A DNA stretch of 34,541 nucleotides, from sequence record SRR31156797_4457. The stretch is one strand, 5' to 3'. Under the pieces are notes generated by a model that did not search any database, was not told the origin of the DNA, and was given only the letters and a program-made list of their open reading frames with translations. Positions 9,297-17,329 of the stretch are shown piece by piece (position 1 is the stretch's first letter; the number at the start of each line of letters is the position of its first letter). Position numbers and translations under genes: made by a program.

Positions 9297-10001
9297 ATGT
9301 ATAAAAGAGTACTACTAAAGTTAAGTGGAGAATCCTTAATGGGTGACCAAAACTATGGGATTGATAATGGCAGATTAGAAGAATATGCACAACAAATAAA
9401 GGATATTGCTGATTTAGGTGTTCAGGTTGGAATTGTAATTGGCGGAGGTAATATTTTTCGTGGGTTAAGCGGTGCAGCCAAAGGTTTTGATCGTTATCAA
9501 GGCGATCAAATGGGAATGCTTGCAACAGTCATAAATAGTTTAGCATTAAAATCATCGTTAAATAATGCAGGTGTAAAAGCACGTGTGTTAACAGCAATCA
9601 GAATGGAACCTGTCGGTGAGTTTTATTCACAACCTAAAGCCATTGAAGCACTGGAAAACGGTGAGGTAGTTATATTATCGGCTGGAACAGGAAATCCTTA
9701 TTTTACTACAGATACAGGTTCTTCTTTAAGAGGAATTGAAATTAAAGCTGATGTAATGTTAAAGGGAACCAGGGTAGATGGTGTTTATACTGCAGATCCT
9801 GAAAAAGATCCAACAGCTACTAAATTTGATGAAATTACATTTGATGAAGTGTATAACAGAGGTTTAAAAGTTATGGATTTAACAGCTACAACCATGTGTA
9901 AAGAAAACAATCTTCCAATTGTTGTTTTTGATATGGATACACCAGGTAACCTTTTAAAAGTGATAAAAGGTGAAAAAATAGGAACACTGGTTAAAAACTA
10001 A
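9297..10001 (+). CDS. pyrH: Uridylate kinase
   Basis: YKRVLLKLSGESL, GGGNIFRG, DQMGMLAT, GTGNPYFTTD, DGVYTADP. Start 9297 or 9279; TTG 9261 is part of -7 box TAGCTTTG (9256-9263). Confidence 0.97.
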   Translation: MYKRVLLKLSGESLMGDQNYGIDNGRLEEYAQQIKDIADLGVQVGIVIGGGNIFRGLSGAAKGFDRYQGDQMGMLATVINSLALKSSLNNAGVKARVLTAIRMEPVGEFYSQPKAIEALENGEVVILSAGTGNPYFTTDTGSSLRGIEIKADVMLKGTRVDGVYTADPEKDPTATKFDEITFDEVYNRGLKVMDLTATTMCKENNLPIVVFDMDTPGNLLKVIKGEKIGTLVKN

Positions 10002-10027
10002 ATTATAAAACTACGTTATAACATTAC

Positions 10028-10070
10028 GGGTGTAGCTTTATAAAAAAAAGCTATGCCCTTTTTTATTTTT
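10028..10070 (+). terminator. Intrinsic terminator after pyrH
   Basis: GGGTGTAGCTTT/AAAGCTATGCCC stem followed by T-tract. Confidence 0.8.
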
Positions 10071-10084
10071 AAATAGATAGTATC

Positions 10085-10570
10085 ATGACAGAAGTTAATT
10101 TAAAACCTATTGGAACAATTTATACATCTCATAAAGCATTAGATAATATGCCTATTCAACCGAGCGGTGCAGATGGAGCAGAAGGTTATATATTAATTAA
10201 TGAAGAGCTTAAAGATGGTCTGAAAGATATTGAAGGATTTTCGCATTTGATCCTTATTTATCATTTGAATAAAGTAACAGAGCATCAGCTTTCTGTCGTT
10301 CCTTTTATGGATGATAAGCCACATGGTATATTTGCTACACGTTCTCCTAAGCGACCTAACCCAATTGGACTATCCACGGTTAAATTGCAAAAAGTGGAAG
10401 GAAACAAATTGTTTATTAAAGAAGTGGATATGTTGGATGGAACACCTTTGTTGGATATCAAACCTTTCTTTCGTCAATCGGATAACAGACCGGATGCGAT
10501 TTCTGGTTGGTTAGATGAAAAAGAGCACAATGCTGTTTCGGTTACAAAATCTGATAGAAGATTTATATAA
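10085..10570 (+). CDS. trmO: tRNA m6t6A37 methyltransferase TrmO/TsaA family
   Basis: LKPIGTI, GLKDIEGFSHL, GIFATRSPKRPNPIGLS, DMLDGTPLLDIKP. Confidence 0.9.
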   Translation: MTEVNLKPIGTIYTSHKALDNMPIQPSGADGAEGYILINEELKDGLKDIEGFSHLILIYHLNKVTEHQLSVVPFMDDKPHGIFATRSPKRPNPIGLSTVKLQKVEGNKLFIKEVDMLDGTPLLDIKPFFRQSDNRPDAISGWLDEKEHNAVSVTKSDRRFI

Positions 10571-10648
10571 TTAGAAATATTGTAAGTGCCAATAATACAG
10601 ATATATAAATGGCGAAATCATATTTTTTTCATTTTTTTTATTTTCTGC

Positions 10649-10674
10649 TGTAACTTTCGTTATGCTTGGGCGTC
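10649..10674 (+). promoter_or_regulatory. ECF-type promoter TGTAAC-N16-CGTC
   Basis: AAC (-35) and CGT (-10) cores with 16-nt spacer, 65 nt before the ECF sigma start. Confidence 0.65.
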
Positions 10675-10739
10675 CCACTTTCAGAAGCGCTTTAAAGCTT
10701 CACCTTAATCGAATCATTATTTAATTGCTGTAAGTCTGG

Positions 10740-11225
10740 ATGACAGTAAAAGAGTACAATAAAAGCGTAGAACAGTATGCGGATAATATTTATCGATTTG
10801 TCTTAAAGAATATCAAAGATTCTGACAAAGCGAAAGATATTGTTCAGGATACCTTTGAAAAGGTATGGAAGAATCATGCAGATATCAATTTTGCTAAAGC
10901 AAAAAGTTATTTGTTTTCTACCGCTTATCATACAATGATTGATTCGATTCGAAGGGAAAAGTTTAAAGCCGAGTGGGATAAGGCAGATGAAAATAAATTC
11001 TTTTCTAATGATTCTTATTCCGATGTGAACGAAGTGCTGCATAAAGCATTGGATTTATTACCGGCCGACCAGAAAAATGTGATTCTGTTGCGCGATTATG
11101 AAGGTTATACCTATCAGGAAATAGCTGAAATAACCGGTTTAAGTGAATCACAAGTGAAAGTATACATTTTCAGAGGTCGCCAGTTTTTGAAAAATTATAT
11201 AGGAAAAATTGAAGTTTTAGTTTGA
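10740..11225 (+). CDS. ECF sigma-70 factor
   Basis: Region 2 (AKDIVQDTFEKVW, SYLFSTAYHTMID) and region 4 (LLRDYEGYTYQEIAEITGLSESQVKVYIFRGR); 161 aa. Confidence 0.95.
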   Translation: MTVKEYNKSVEQYADNIYRFVLKNIKDSDKAKDIVQDTFEKVWKNHADINFAKAKSYLFSTAYHTMIDSIRREKFKAEWDKADENKFFSNDSYSDVNEVLHKALDLLPADQKNVILLRDYEGYTYQEIAEITGLSESQVKVYIFRGRQFLKNYIGKIEVLV

Positions 11226-11226
11226 T

Positions 11227-12291
11227 ATGATTTCATTAGATAATTACGAAATATGGATGTTAGATTACCTGGATGGAAATCTTTCTGATTCTGATGAGAA
11301 GTTATTGCTTCAATTTCTGGATGAACATCCTCACCTTAAAAAAGAATTGGAAGGCTTGGATGAGACAATTCTTCAGCCTCAAGATGAAGTATTTGATTTT
11401 AAAGCGAATCTTTTTAAAACAAGTGCTGAAGAATATAATATTCCTCAGGTTGACTTTTTAGCAATTAAACAACTTGAAGATGGTTTAACTGCCGAAGAAG
11501 AAGTAATTAAAGAAAATTATATAAAATTAGATTCGAAGAATAACAACACTTTCGAAAGCTATAAGCAAACAAAGCTAAAAGCCGATTTAAGTATTCGATA
11601 TGCATTCAAGTCGAGTTTAAAACGATGGGTTTTAATGCCATCTCTTAAGGCTAATACTATTCGTAGAATTGGAATAGCTGCAACGATTGCCATTTTATTA
11701 TCAGTATCCACTTTTCCTTTTTTGAAAGAAACGTCGCAGAATTTGCAAACTGTAGCTGTAAATGACACACCATCCTTAATTGGAATGCCTAAAAAAGTAT
11801 CAAAAACAAACAGTGCAATTCAAACTAATACAGCAAAAGAAATTCAAAAAATAAAAGGTGCAAACAGTAGTGCTGAAGAAAGAAAAGTATTTAATGAAAA
11901 TGCAAAGAGCGAAATCACATCTTTTAGAAAATCAGATACACTGAATTTAAAGCCATTGCATATTAAAAATGCAGAACCTATTCATATAAGTTCAATAAAT
12001 GCATATGAAGTAGGTTTAAACCATATGATGCCCATTATTATTGCCAATAATATTGAACAGTCGATGCAGGATAATTTAGCCATGAATTCTCAGATAGAGG
12101 AACAAAGTCAACGATTAAGTCGCAGTTCAAGAGCTATTTTAGGTGGATTAAAGGTGATTAATTTTTTAGCGGGCAATGAAACAACAATGAAGAAATTTTT
12201 AAATGAAGATGGCCAGATGGTTGCCTACCAATTGGAGTCTGATAACATTTGGCTACGTCAGCAAATTAAAAATATATCACTTGAAAATTAA
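11227..12291 (+). CDS. Putative single-pass anti-sigma factor
   Basis: Starts 1 nt after the sigma stop. N-terminal YLDGNLS..E..L..FL anti-sigma-like domain, one TM (IGIAATIAILLSV), low-complexity linker, C-terminal beta-rich tail. Confidence 0.7.
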   Translation: MISLDNYEIWMLDYLDGNLSDSDEKLLLQFLDEHPHLKKELEGLDETILQPQDEVFDFKANLFKTSAEEYNIPQVDFLAIKQLEDGLTAEEEVIKENYIKLDSKNNNTFESYKQTKLKADLSIRYAFKSSLKRWVLMPSLKANTIRRIGIAATIAILLSVSTFPFLKETSQNLQTVAVNDTPSLIGMPKKVSKTNSAIQTNTAKEIQKIKGANSSAEERKVFNENAKSEITSFRKSDTLNLKPLHIKNAEPIHISSINAYEVGLNHMMPIIIANNIEQSMQDNLAMNSQIEEQSQRLSRSSRAILGGLKVINFLAGNETTMKKFLNEDGQMVAYQLESDNIWLRQQIKNISLEN

Positions 12292-12374
12292 GGGTTACTT
12301 GCCACTACTGATACGTCCGGAAGTATGAATTGGCAAATACAATATTCATAATCTATTAATTAAAGCAAATAGTC

Positions 12375-13244
12375 ATGATAAAAATATATACCATAGTCAT
12401 TATTTGTGTCTTGATGATTCCTAAAAGTGTATTAGCACAGGAAAAAAGAAAAGCGACAGACATTATTGTAATCGATGAAAGAAACGATGAGGCAAAAATA
12501 AAAATTGCCGGAGCTACATTAGAGGTAAGTGAACAAAACGATACTGTTGCTAAAATTACTATTGGTCGACGTACCTGGGAGTTCATAGAGCAAGGCGATA
12601 AAACACATGTGCGCATTGTAAAAAATCCGCGAAATTACTTTAAAGGACATTGGGCTGGAGTAAACATGGGTTTCTGTAATTATGCAGTTAGTGATGAATC
12701 AGATTTCATGAATCTGAATGCTGGAAAATCCATGTTTGTTGGTATTAATTTTCTACAGTACAATATTGGATTACAGAAGAACAAAACCAATTTAGGATTA
12801 GTGACAGGAATGGGTTGGACAGTATATAATTACCGATTAGATAATAACTATCTGGTAATGCAAAATGACGATGGGATTACCATTGGTGATCCTCTTATAG
12901 ATAGAGATATTAAAAAAAGCAAGATAGTTAGTTCTTATATTAATATCCCGCTATTATTCGAAGTTCAATCAGTAGATGAGTCAAATAGAAATGCCTTTGT
13001 TTCTGCAGGCGTTTATGGCGGATTTCGTTTAGGATCTCATACCAAGACGGTTTATTATGGTGGAGATAAACAAAAATCAAGACAGGATATTAACATTAAT
13101 CCTATTCAATATGGTTTGATGTTTCAAATAGGATTTGAGTTTATTAAGCTGTATGGTACTTATAATCTATCAACATTATACGAAGCAGATAAAGGACCAG
13201 AAGTAAATCCATATACCATTGGAATAACACTGGCTAATTTTTAA
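12375..13244 (+). CDS. Outer-membrane beta-barrel protein (PorT/OMP_b-brl_2-like)
   Basis: Signal peptide, GHWAG, YINIPLLFE, GGFRLGSHTK, C-terminal Phe. Confidence 0.75.
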   Translation: MIKIYTIVIICVLMIPKSVLAQEKRKATDIIVIDERNDEAKIKIAGATLEVSEQNDTVAKITIGRRTWEFIEQGDKTHVRIVKNPRNYFKGHWAGVNMGFCNYAVSDESDFMNLNAGKSMFVGINFLQYNIGLQKNKTNLGLVTGMGWTVYNYRLDNNYLVMQNDDGITIGDPLIDRDIKKSKIVSSYINIPLLFEVQSVDESNRNAFVSAGVYGGFRLGSHTKTVYYGGDKQKSRQDININPIQYGLMFQIGFEFIKLYGTYNLSTLYEADKGPEVNPYTIGITLANF

Positions 13245-13290
13245 TACAGGATAAGAGATCGGGAGTTTTTAGCATAAATAGATATCAGCA

Positions 13291-14826
13291 ATGAAATATT
13301 TTATATCCATAGTTTTAATCGCATTAAGTATTAACGTTTTTGCTCAGGAAGATTCATCCTTTTTAAGTTCATACGATAAGTATTGGGAAATAGATGACGG
13401 ATTTTACCGGGTAATGTCCGAAGGTAAAATCGGTTTGGTTAACTCAATGGGAGATATCATTATTCCATGCGAGAATGATCAGGTTTGGAACTTGCAGGAC
13501 AACGGTGATATTAAGGTGTTAAAAAACGGAAAATTGGGCATTTACAATACTAATGGCGACCTACTTATTCCCGTTATATACGATATGATTTGGGGATTTG
13601 AAGATGGTAAAGCCCGTGTTATGCGTGATGGAAAAATTGGTTATGTCAATCGTTTCGGAAATGAATTTATTCCATGCAAGTATGATCAAATTTGGAATTT
13701 CGAAGATGGAAAGGCTAAGGTGTTAAAAAACGGAAAGGTAGGCTATGTTAATTTATCCGGATATGAGTTTATACCAGCCGAGTATCAAAAAATATGGGAT
13801 TTTGAAGATGGAAAAGCAAGGGTTCTGAAAAATGGAAAAATGGGTCTCATTAATATTCAGGGAGTTGAAATAATAGCTTGTCAATATCAACATCTGGGTG
13901 AATTTGAAGAAGGAGTTGCCAGGGTGGTTAAGGATGGTAAAATTGCTTATGTGGATATGAATGGAAATCCTGTTGAAAGAAATATCGAAGATGAAGAAAT
14001 AAATTCAGAGACTAATATTCAGGATAACAATAAAGAAGTAGATTCATCTCATGCGGATGAGGATACTACAACCATTAAGCTTTTTGGTTCTAAAGTTGAT
14101 ATTATTGAGGAAAAAGGAGCAACGCGCTTTTCCTTTGATAAAGAAACTAAAAAGGAATGGAGCGACTATAAAAAGAAAAGAATAAGAAGCTTCGATCCAC
14201 ATTATTTTGGTATTGACTTTGGTTTAAATAGTTTTATGAATGCAGAAGGAGACTTTGCTGTTCCCTCAGAGTATGATTATCTTTCTTTACACAATGGTAA
14301 GTCCTTTGAAGTTTCTATTAATCCTTTACAACAAGTTATTTCATTGAGTAGAAGAGGAAATGTAGGTTTTGTAACCGGATTAGGATTAACTTTTAACAAT
14401 TATCGATTCGAAAGACCTTTTATTCCAATATCTGATGAAGAAGGTAATTTAAGCTCGGAAGAGATTTTAGATCCTCTTGAAAAAAATAAACTAACCAGTG
14501 CCTATTTGAATATGCCTCTTTTGTTTGAATTACAATTTAGTCGCAGACGAAATGATGCATTTTATATTTCTGCCGGAGTAATGGGAGAATACCGATTGCA
14601 ATCGCATACAAAAGTGGTGTTTAAAAAGGATGGAGAACGCATTAAAGATAAAAATAGAGACAATTTCGGGTTAAATGACTTTAGATATGGTGCGCAAGTT
14701 AGATTTGGCTTTAAAGAGCTAAATTTCTTCGGAAAATACTATTTGTCGTCTTTATTTGAAGATGGAAAAGGACCGGAATTATACCCTGTTTCTTTTGGTG
14801 TATGTTTTTATCCAGACAATTGGTAG
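13291..14826 (+). CDS. WG-repeat protein fused to a PorT-like outer-membrane beta-barrel
   Basis: Signal peptide, six ~34-aa repeats (W.FEDGKARV.KNGK.G.VN..G.E.IP..Y), acidic linker, C-terminal domain paralogous to 12375-13244. Confidence 0.8.
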   Translation: MKYFISIVLIALSINVFAQEDSSFLSSYDKYWEIDDGFYRVMSEGKIGLVNSMGDIIIPCENDQVWNLQDNGDIKVLKNGKLGIYNTNGDLLIPVIYDMIWGFEDGKARVMRDGKIGYVNRFGNEFIPCKYDQIWNFEDGKAKVLKNGKVGYVNLSGYEFIPAEYQKIWDFEDGKARVLKNGKMGLINIQGVEIIACQYQHLGEFEEGVARVVKDGKIAYVDMNGNPVERNIEDEEINSETNIQDNNKEVDSSHADEDTTTIKLFGSKVDIIEEKGATRFSFDKETKKEWSDYKKKRIRSFDPHYFGIDFGLNSFMNAEGDFAVPSEYDYLSLHNGKSFEVSINPLQQVISLSRRGNVGFVTGLGLTFNNYRFERPFIPISDEEGNLSSEEILDPLEKNKLTSAYLNMPLLFELQFSRRRNDAFYISAGVMGEYRLQSHTKVVFKKDGERIKDKNRDNFGLNDFRYGAQVRFGFKELNFFGKYYLSSLFEDGKGPELYPVSFGVCFYPDNW

Positions 14827-14850
14827 TCTAAATAAAGACCTTGCATAAAG

Positions 14851-14886
14851 AAACGCCGCAAACAATCAACTGTTTGCGGCGTTTTT
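14851..14886. terminator. Bidirectional intrinsic terminator (ECF operon / tRNA)
   Basis: Perfect 14-bp stem AAACGCCGCAAACA/TGTTTGCGGCGTTT. Confidence 0.85.
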
Positions 14887-14889
14887 CTG

Positions 14890-14961
14890 TAGCCACACCA
14901 GGACTCGAACCTGGATCTATTGTTTAGGAAACAACTATTCTATCCCTTGAACTATGCGGCC
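14890..14961 (-). tRNA. tRNA-Arg(CCT)
   Basis: Reverse complement GGCCGCATAGTTCAAGGGATAGAATAGTTGTTTCCTAAACAATAGATCCAGGTTCGAGTCCTGGTGTGGCTA folds as a cloverleaf; anticodon loop TTCCTAA; CCA not encoded; -7 box TATATTTG at 14981-14988. Confidence 0.95.
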
Positions 14962-15094
14962 ATCCCTTGTAAAAGTGATGCAAATATAATATTTAAGCCT
15001 GTTTATACAAAGAATTGATAAGTGAACTAAAATAACTTCACTTTACAACATATAATTTGTTGTACTGCAATTTTACAATGTCATTTCTTAAAAC

Positions 15095-15127
15095 GAAAAA
15101 AAGGGTTGACCTGATGGTCAACCCTTT
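15095..15127 (-). terminator. Intrinsic terminator overlapping the rng stop codon
   Basis: Perfect 12-bp stem AAAGGGTTGACC/GGTCAACCCTTT with U-tract on the minus strand. Confidence 0.85.
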
Positions 15128-16656
15128 GTATTATCTAGGATCTTGAACTCCAAAAAGCTTAATGAGGCGGAAGGTATCAATTTAATTCCAAACCCGTATT
15201 TAAACTTCCATTTTAAGAAAATAGAAGGGAAGCCTTTTGTTAAAAATGCTCCCAGGTATGGGTGAACCTTCAGGGTCAAATTTTTCTTCTTTTGTCCTTT
15301 TACAGCATTAGCAATGCTGTTTTCCAACTTTTCTTCCAGTAGGATAGCTGGTGCAATTTTACCTGTTCCAAAGCAGGTTGGACATGATTCATTGGTTTCA
15401 ATGGTCATTTCCGGGCGAACACGTTGGCGTGTAATCTGCATCAATCCAAACTTACTCAGCGGAAGGATGTTGTGCTTAGTTCTGTCAGCAGTCATCGCTT
15501 CCTTCATCCTTTCATACACTTTTTGCCTGTGCTCTGATTTTTGCATATCAATAAAATCAACCACAATAATACCGCCCATATCTCTTAATCGTAATTGACG
15601 GGCAATTTCATCTGCTGCTGCTAAATTAACTTCAAGTGCGTTGTTTTCCTGATTACTTGCGTTTTTAGCTCTGTTACCGCTGTTAACATCAATAACGTGC
15701 AGCGCTTCTGTGTGCTCAATAATAAGATATGCACCACTTTTGAAGGAAACCGTTTTTCCAAAAAGTGATTTAATCTGTTTTTCAATTCCGAATTGATCAA
15801 ATAAAGGTACGTCACCTTTAAATTCTTTTACAATTCGTTCACGATCCGGGGCTATCAGGCCCACATATTCTTTTACCTCTTTACACACTTCTTTATCGGA
15901 AATGTATACGCTGTTGAATGAAGGGTTCATGATATCCCTTAAAATGGCTGAGGTACGTCCAATTTCTCCAACAACTAATGCTCGTGGCTTAAGATTAAAT
16001 AGTTTTGCAGTGGAATCATCCCATCTGCGAACAAGGGTTTTCAATTCCTTATCCAGTTCGGCAACTCTTTTGCCTTCGGCCACTGTGCGTACAATTACCC
16101 CAAAATTTTTGGGTTTTATACTGATTAGCAACTTTTTCAATCGGTTTCTTTCTTCGCTAGACTTAATTTTCTGGCTTACAGAAACTTTGTCTGAAAAAGG
16201 CATCAGTACTAGGTTACGTCCTGCTATAGACAATTCGGAAGTTAGCCTGGGACCTTTCGTTGAGATAGGTTCTTTGGCTATTTGCACCATTACTTCCTGA
16301 CCTACTGTTAGAACTTCTGATATGGTACCGTTTTTATCGATATCCAGTTCAGCTTTTAACTTGTGTAAGGCAACTCCTCCCTTTTTAACTGTTTTAGCAA
16401 CGTTAAGAAACTTTTTTAAGGTACGAAATTGGGGTCCAAGATCTAAGTAATGCAAAAAAGCATCCTTTTCGTATCCAACATCAACAAAAGCAGCATTCAG
16501 ACCGGGCATTATTTTTTTTACCTTTCCCAAGTAAATATCACCCACAGTAAACTGAATATCACTTTTTTCTTTTCTTAACTCTACCAAACGTTTATCCTCG
16601 AGCAATGCTATCGAAAGCTCATCGGGAGATACATCAACAAATAGTTCTGCACTCAC
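15118..16656 (-). CDS. rng: Ribonuclease Rne/Rng family
   Basis: S1 domain GDIYLGKV..IMPGLNAAFVDVG, KEPISTKGPRLT, TEALHVIDVNSG, RQLRLRDMGGIIVVDFIDM, GLMQITRQR, CPTCFGTG. Confidence 0.93.
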   Translation of the reverse strand: MSAELFVDVSPDELSIALLEDKRLVELRKEKSDIQFTVGDIYLGKVKKIMPGLNAAFVDVGYEKDAFLHYLDLGPQFRTLKKFLNVAKTVKKGGVALHKLKAELDIDKNGTISEVLTVGQEVMVQIAKEPISTKGPRLTSELSIAGRNLVLMPFSDKVSVSQKIKSSEERNRLKKLLISIKPKNFGVIVRTVAEGKRVAELDKELKTLVRRWDDSTAKLFNLKPRALVVGEIGRTSAILRDIMNPSFNSVYISDKEVCKEVKEYVGLIAPDRERIVKEFKGDVPLFDQFGIEKQIKSLFGKTVSFKSGAYLIIEHTEALHVIDVNSGNRAKNASNQENNALEVNLAAADEIARQLRLRDMGGIIVVDFIDMQKSEHRQKVYERMKEAMTADRTKHNILPLSKFGLMQITRQRVRPEMTIETNESCPTCFGTGKIAPAILLEEKLENSIANAVKGQKKKNLTLKVHPYLGAFLTKGFPSIFLKWKFKYGFGIKLIPSASLSFLEFKILDNTKG

Positions 16657-16727
16657 ATTTGTAGGTATTACAATAATTATAAGAACTTTACCTGATAAAT
16701 ACTATCAGGATTTTTTCAATGTGTACA

Positions 16728-16781
16728 TAAAACAAAGAACAAACAAGGAAGCTTTTGGCCTCTAATGTTTGTTCTTTTGTT
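16728..16781 (-). terminator. Hairpin with U-tract between bS22 and rng
   Basis: Minus strand AAAGAACAAACA...TGTTTGTTCTTT followed by GTTTTT. Confidence 0.55.
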
Positions 16782-16808
16782 AATACTTTTGCTATAAAAT
16801 TGCCAAGA

Positions 16809-16898
16809 CTACTTCTTCTTATGTCTGTTTTTTCTTAGTCTCTTCTTACGCTTGTGCGTTGCAATCTTATGTCTTTTTCTTTTTTTACCGCTTGGCAT
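16809..16898 (-). CDS. 30S ribosomal protein bS22 (AURKAIP1/COX24/mS38-like), 29 aa
   Basis: Hand translation MPSGKKRKRHKIATHKRKKRLRKNRHKKK*; matches the basic KKR.R.K...HK.KK.L pattern; lies directly downstream of HU. Confidence 0.88.
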   Translation of the reverse strand: MPSGKKRKRHKIATHKRKKRLRKNRHKKK

Positions 16899-16925
16899 AA
16901 TTTCCAATTTTTAATTAATAACCAA

Positions 16926-17210
16926 TTACTTCACGTTGTTCTTAACCTTAGTTACGAAACTTTTAGAAGGCTTAAATGCCGGAATAAAATGCTTAGGGAT
17001 AATGATAGTAGTGTTTTTAGAAATGTTACGAGCCGTTTTTTCAGCTCTTTCTTTCACGATGAAACTACCAAATCCACGTAAGTAAACATTTTTACCTTTA
17101 ACTAAAGAACCTTTAATAGTTTCCATGAAAGCTTCGATAGTTTTTTGTACAGTAACCTTTTCAATTCCGGTATCTTTTGAAATCTCGTTTACGATATCAG
17201 CCTTTGTCAT
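16926..17210 (-). CDS. HU/IHF family DNA-binding protein
   Basis: MTKADIV, VYLRGFGSF, RAEKTARNI, PAFKPSK; -7 box TATCTTTG at 17270-17277. Confidence 0.95.
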   Translation of the reverse strand: MTKADIVNEISKDTGIEKVTVQKTIEAFMETIKGSLVKGKNVYLRGFGSFIVKERAEKTARNISKNTTIIIPKHFIPAFKPSKSFVTKVKNNVK

Positions 17211-17329
17211 CTCTCTTTAAAATTATTTAATTATCAACTAATTACATTAATTTTTTAAAATTCAGAATGCAAAGATATAACGATTTCGAAAAATAAAAAA
17301 ACAAAAGCTCTATTTTTGACAAAAAAAAG

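Noticed and set aside
12299-12336. Short stem TTGCCA/TGGCAA between anti-sigma and barrel genes
   Set aside because: Only about 6 bp with a large loop; not distinguishable from chance.
13380-13975. Periodic DNA similarity resembling a CRISPR or tandem array
   Set aside because: Period of about 102 nt is in frame and explained by protein WG repeats; no constant repeat-spacer structure and no cas genes.
14890-14961. tRNA-Arg as integration site of a genomic island
   Set aside because: No integrase, no duplicated tRNA 3' end noticed in the window, and no obvious compositional shift.
16854-17081. 75-aa + strand ORF
   Set aside because: Antisense shadow of HU and bS22; no recognisable features.
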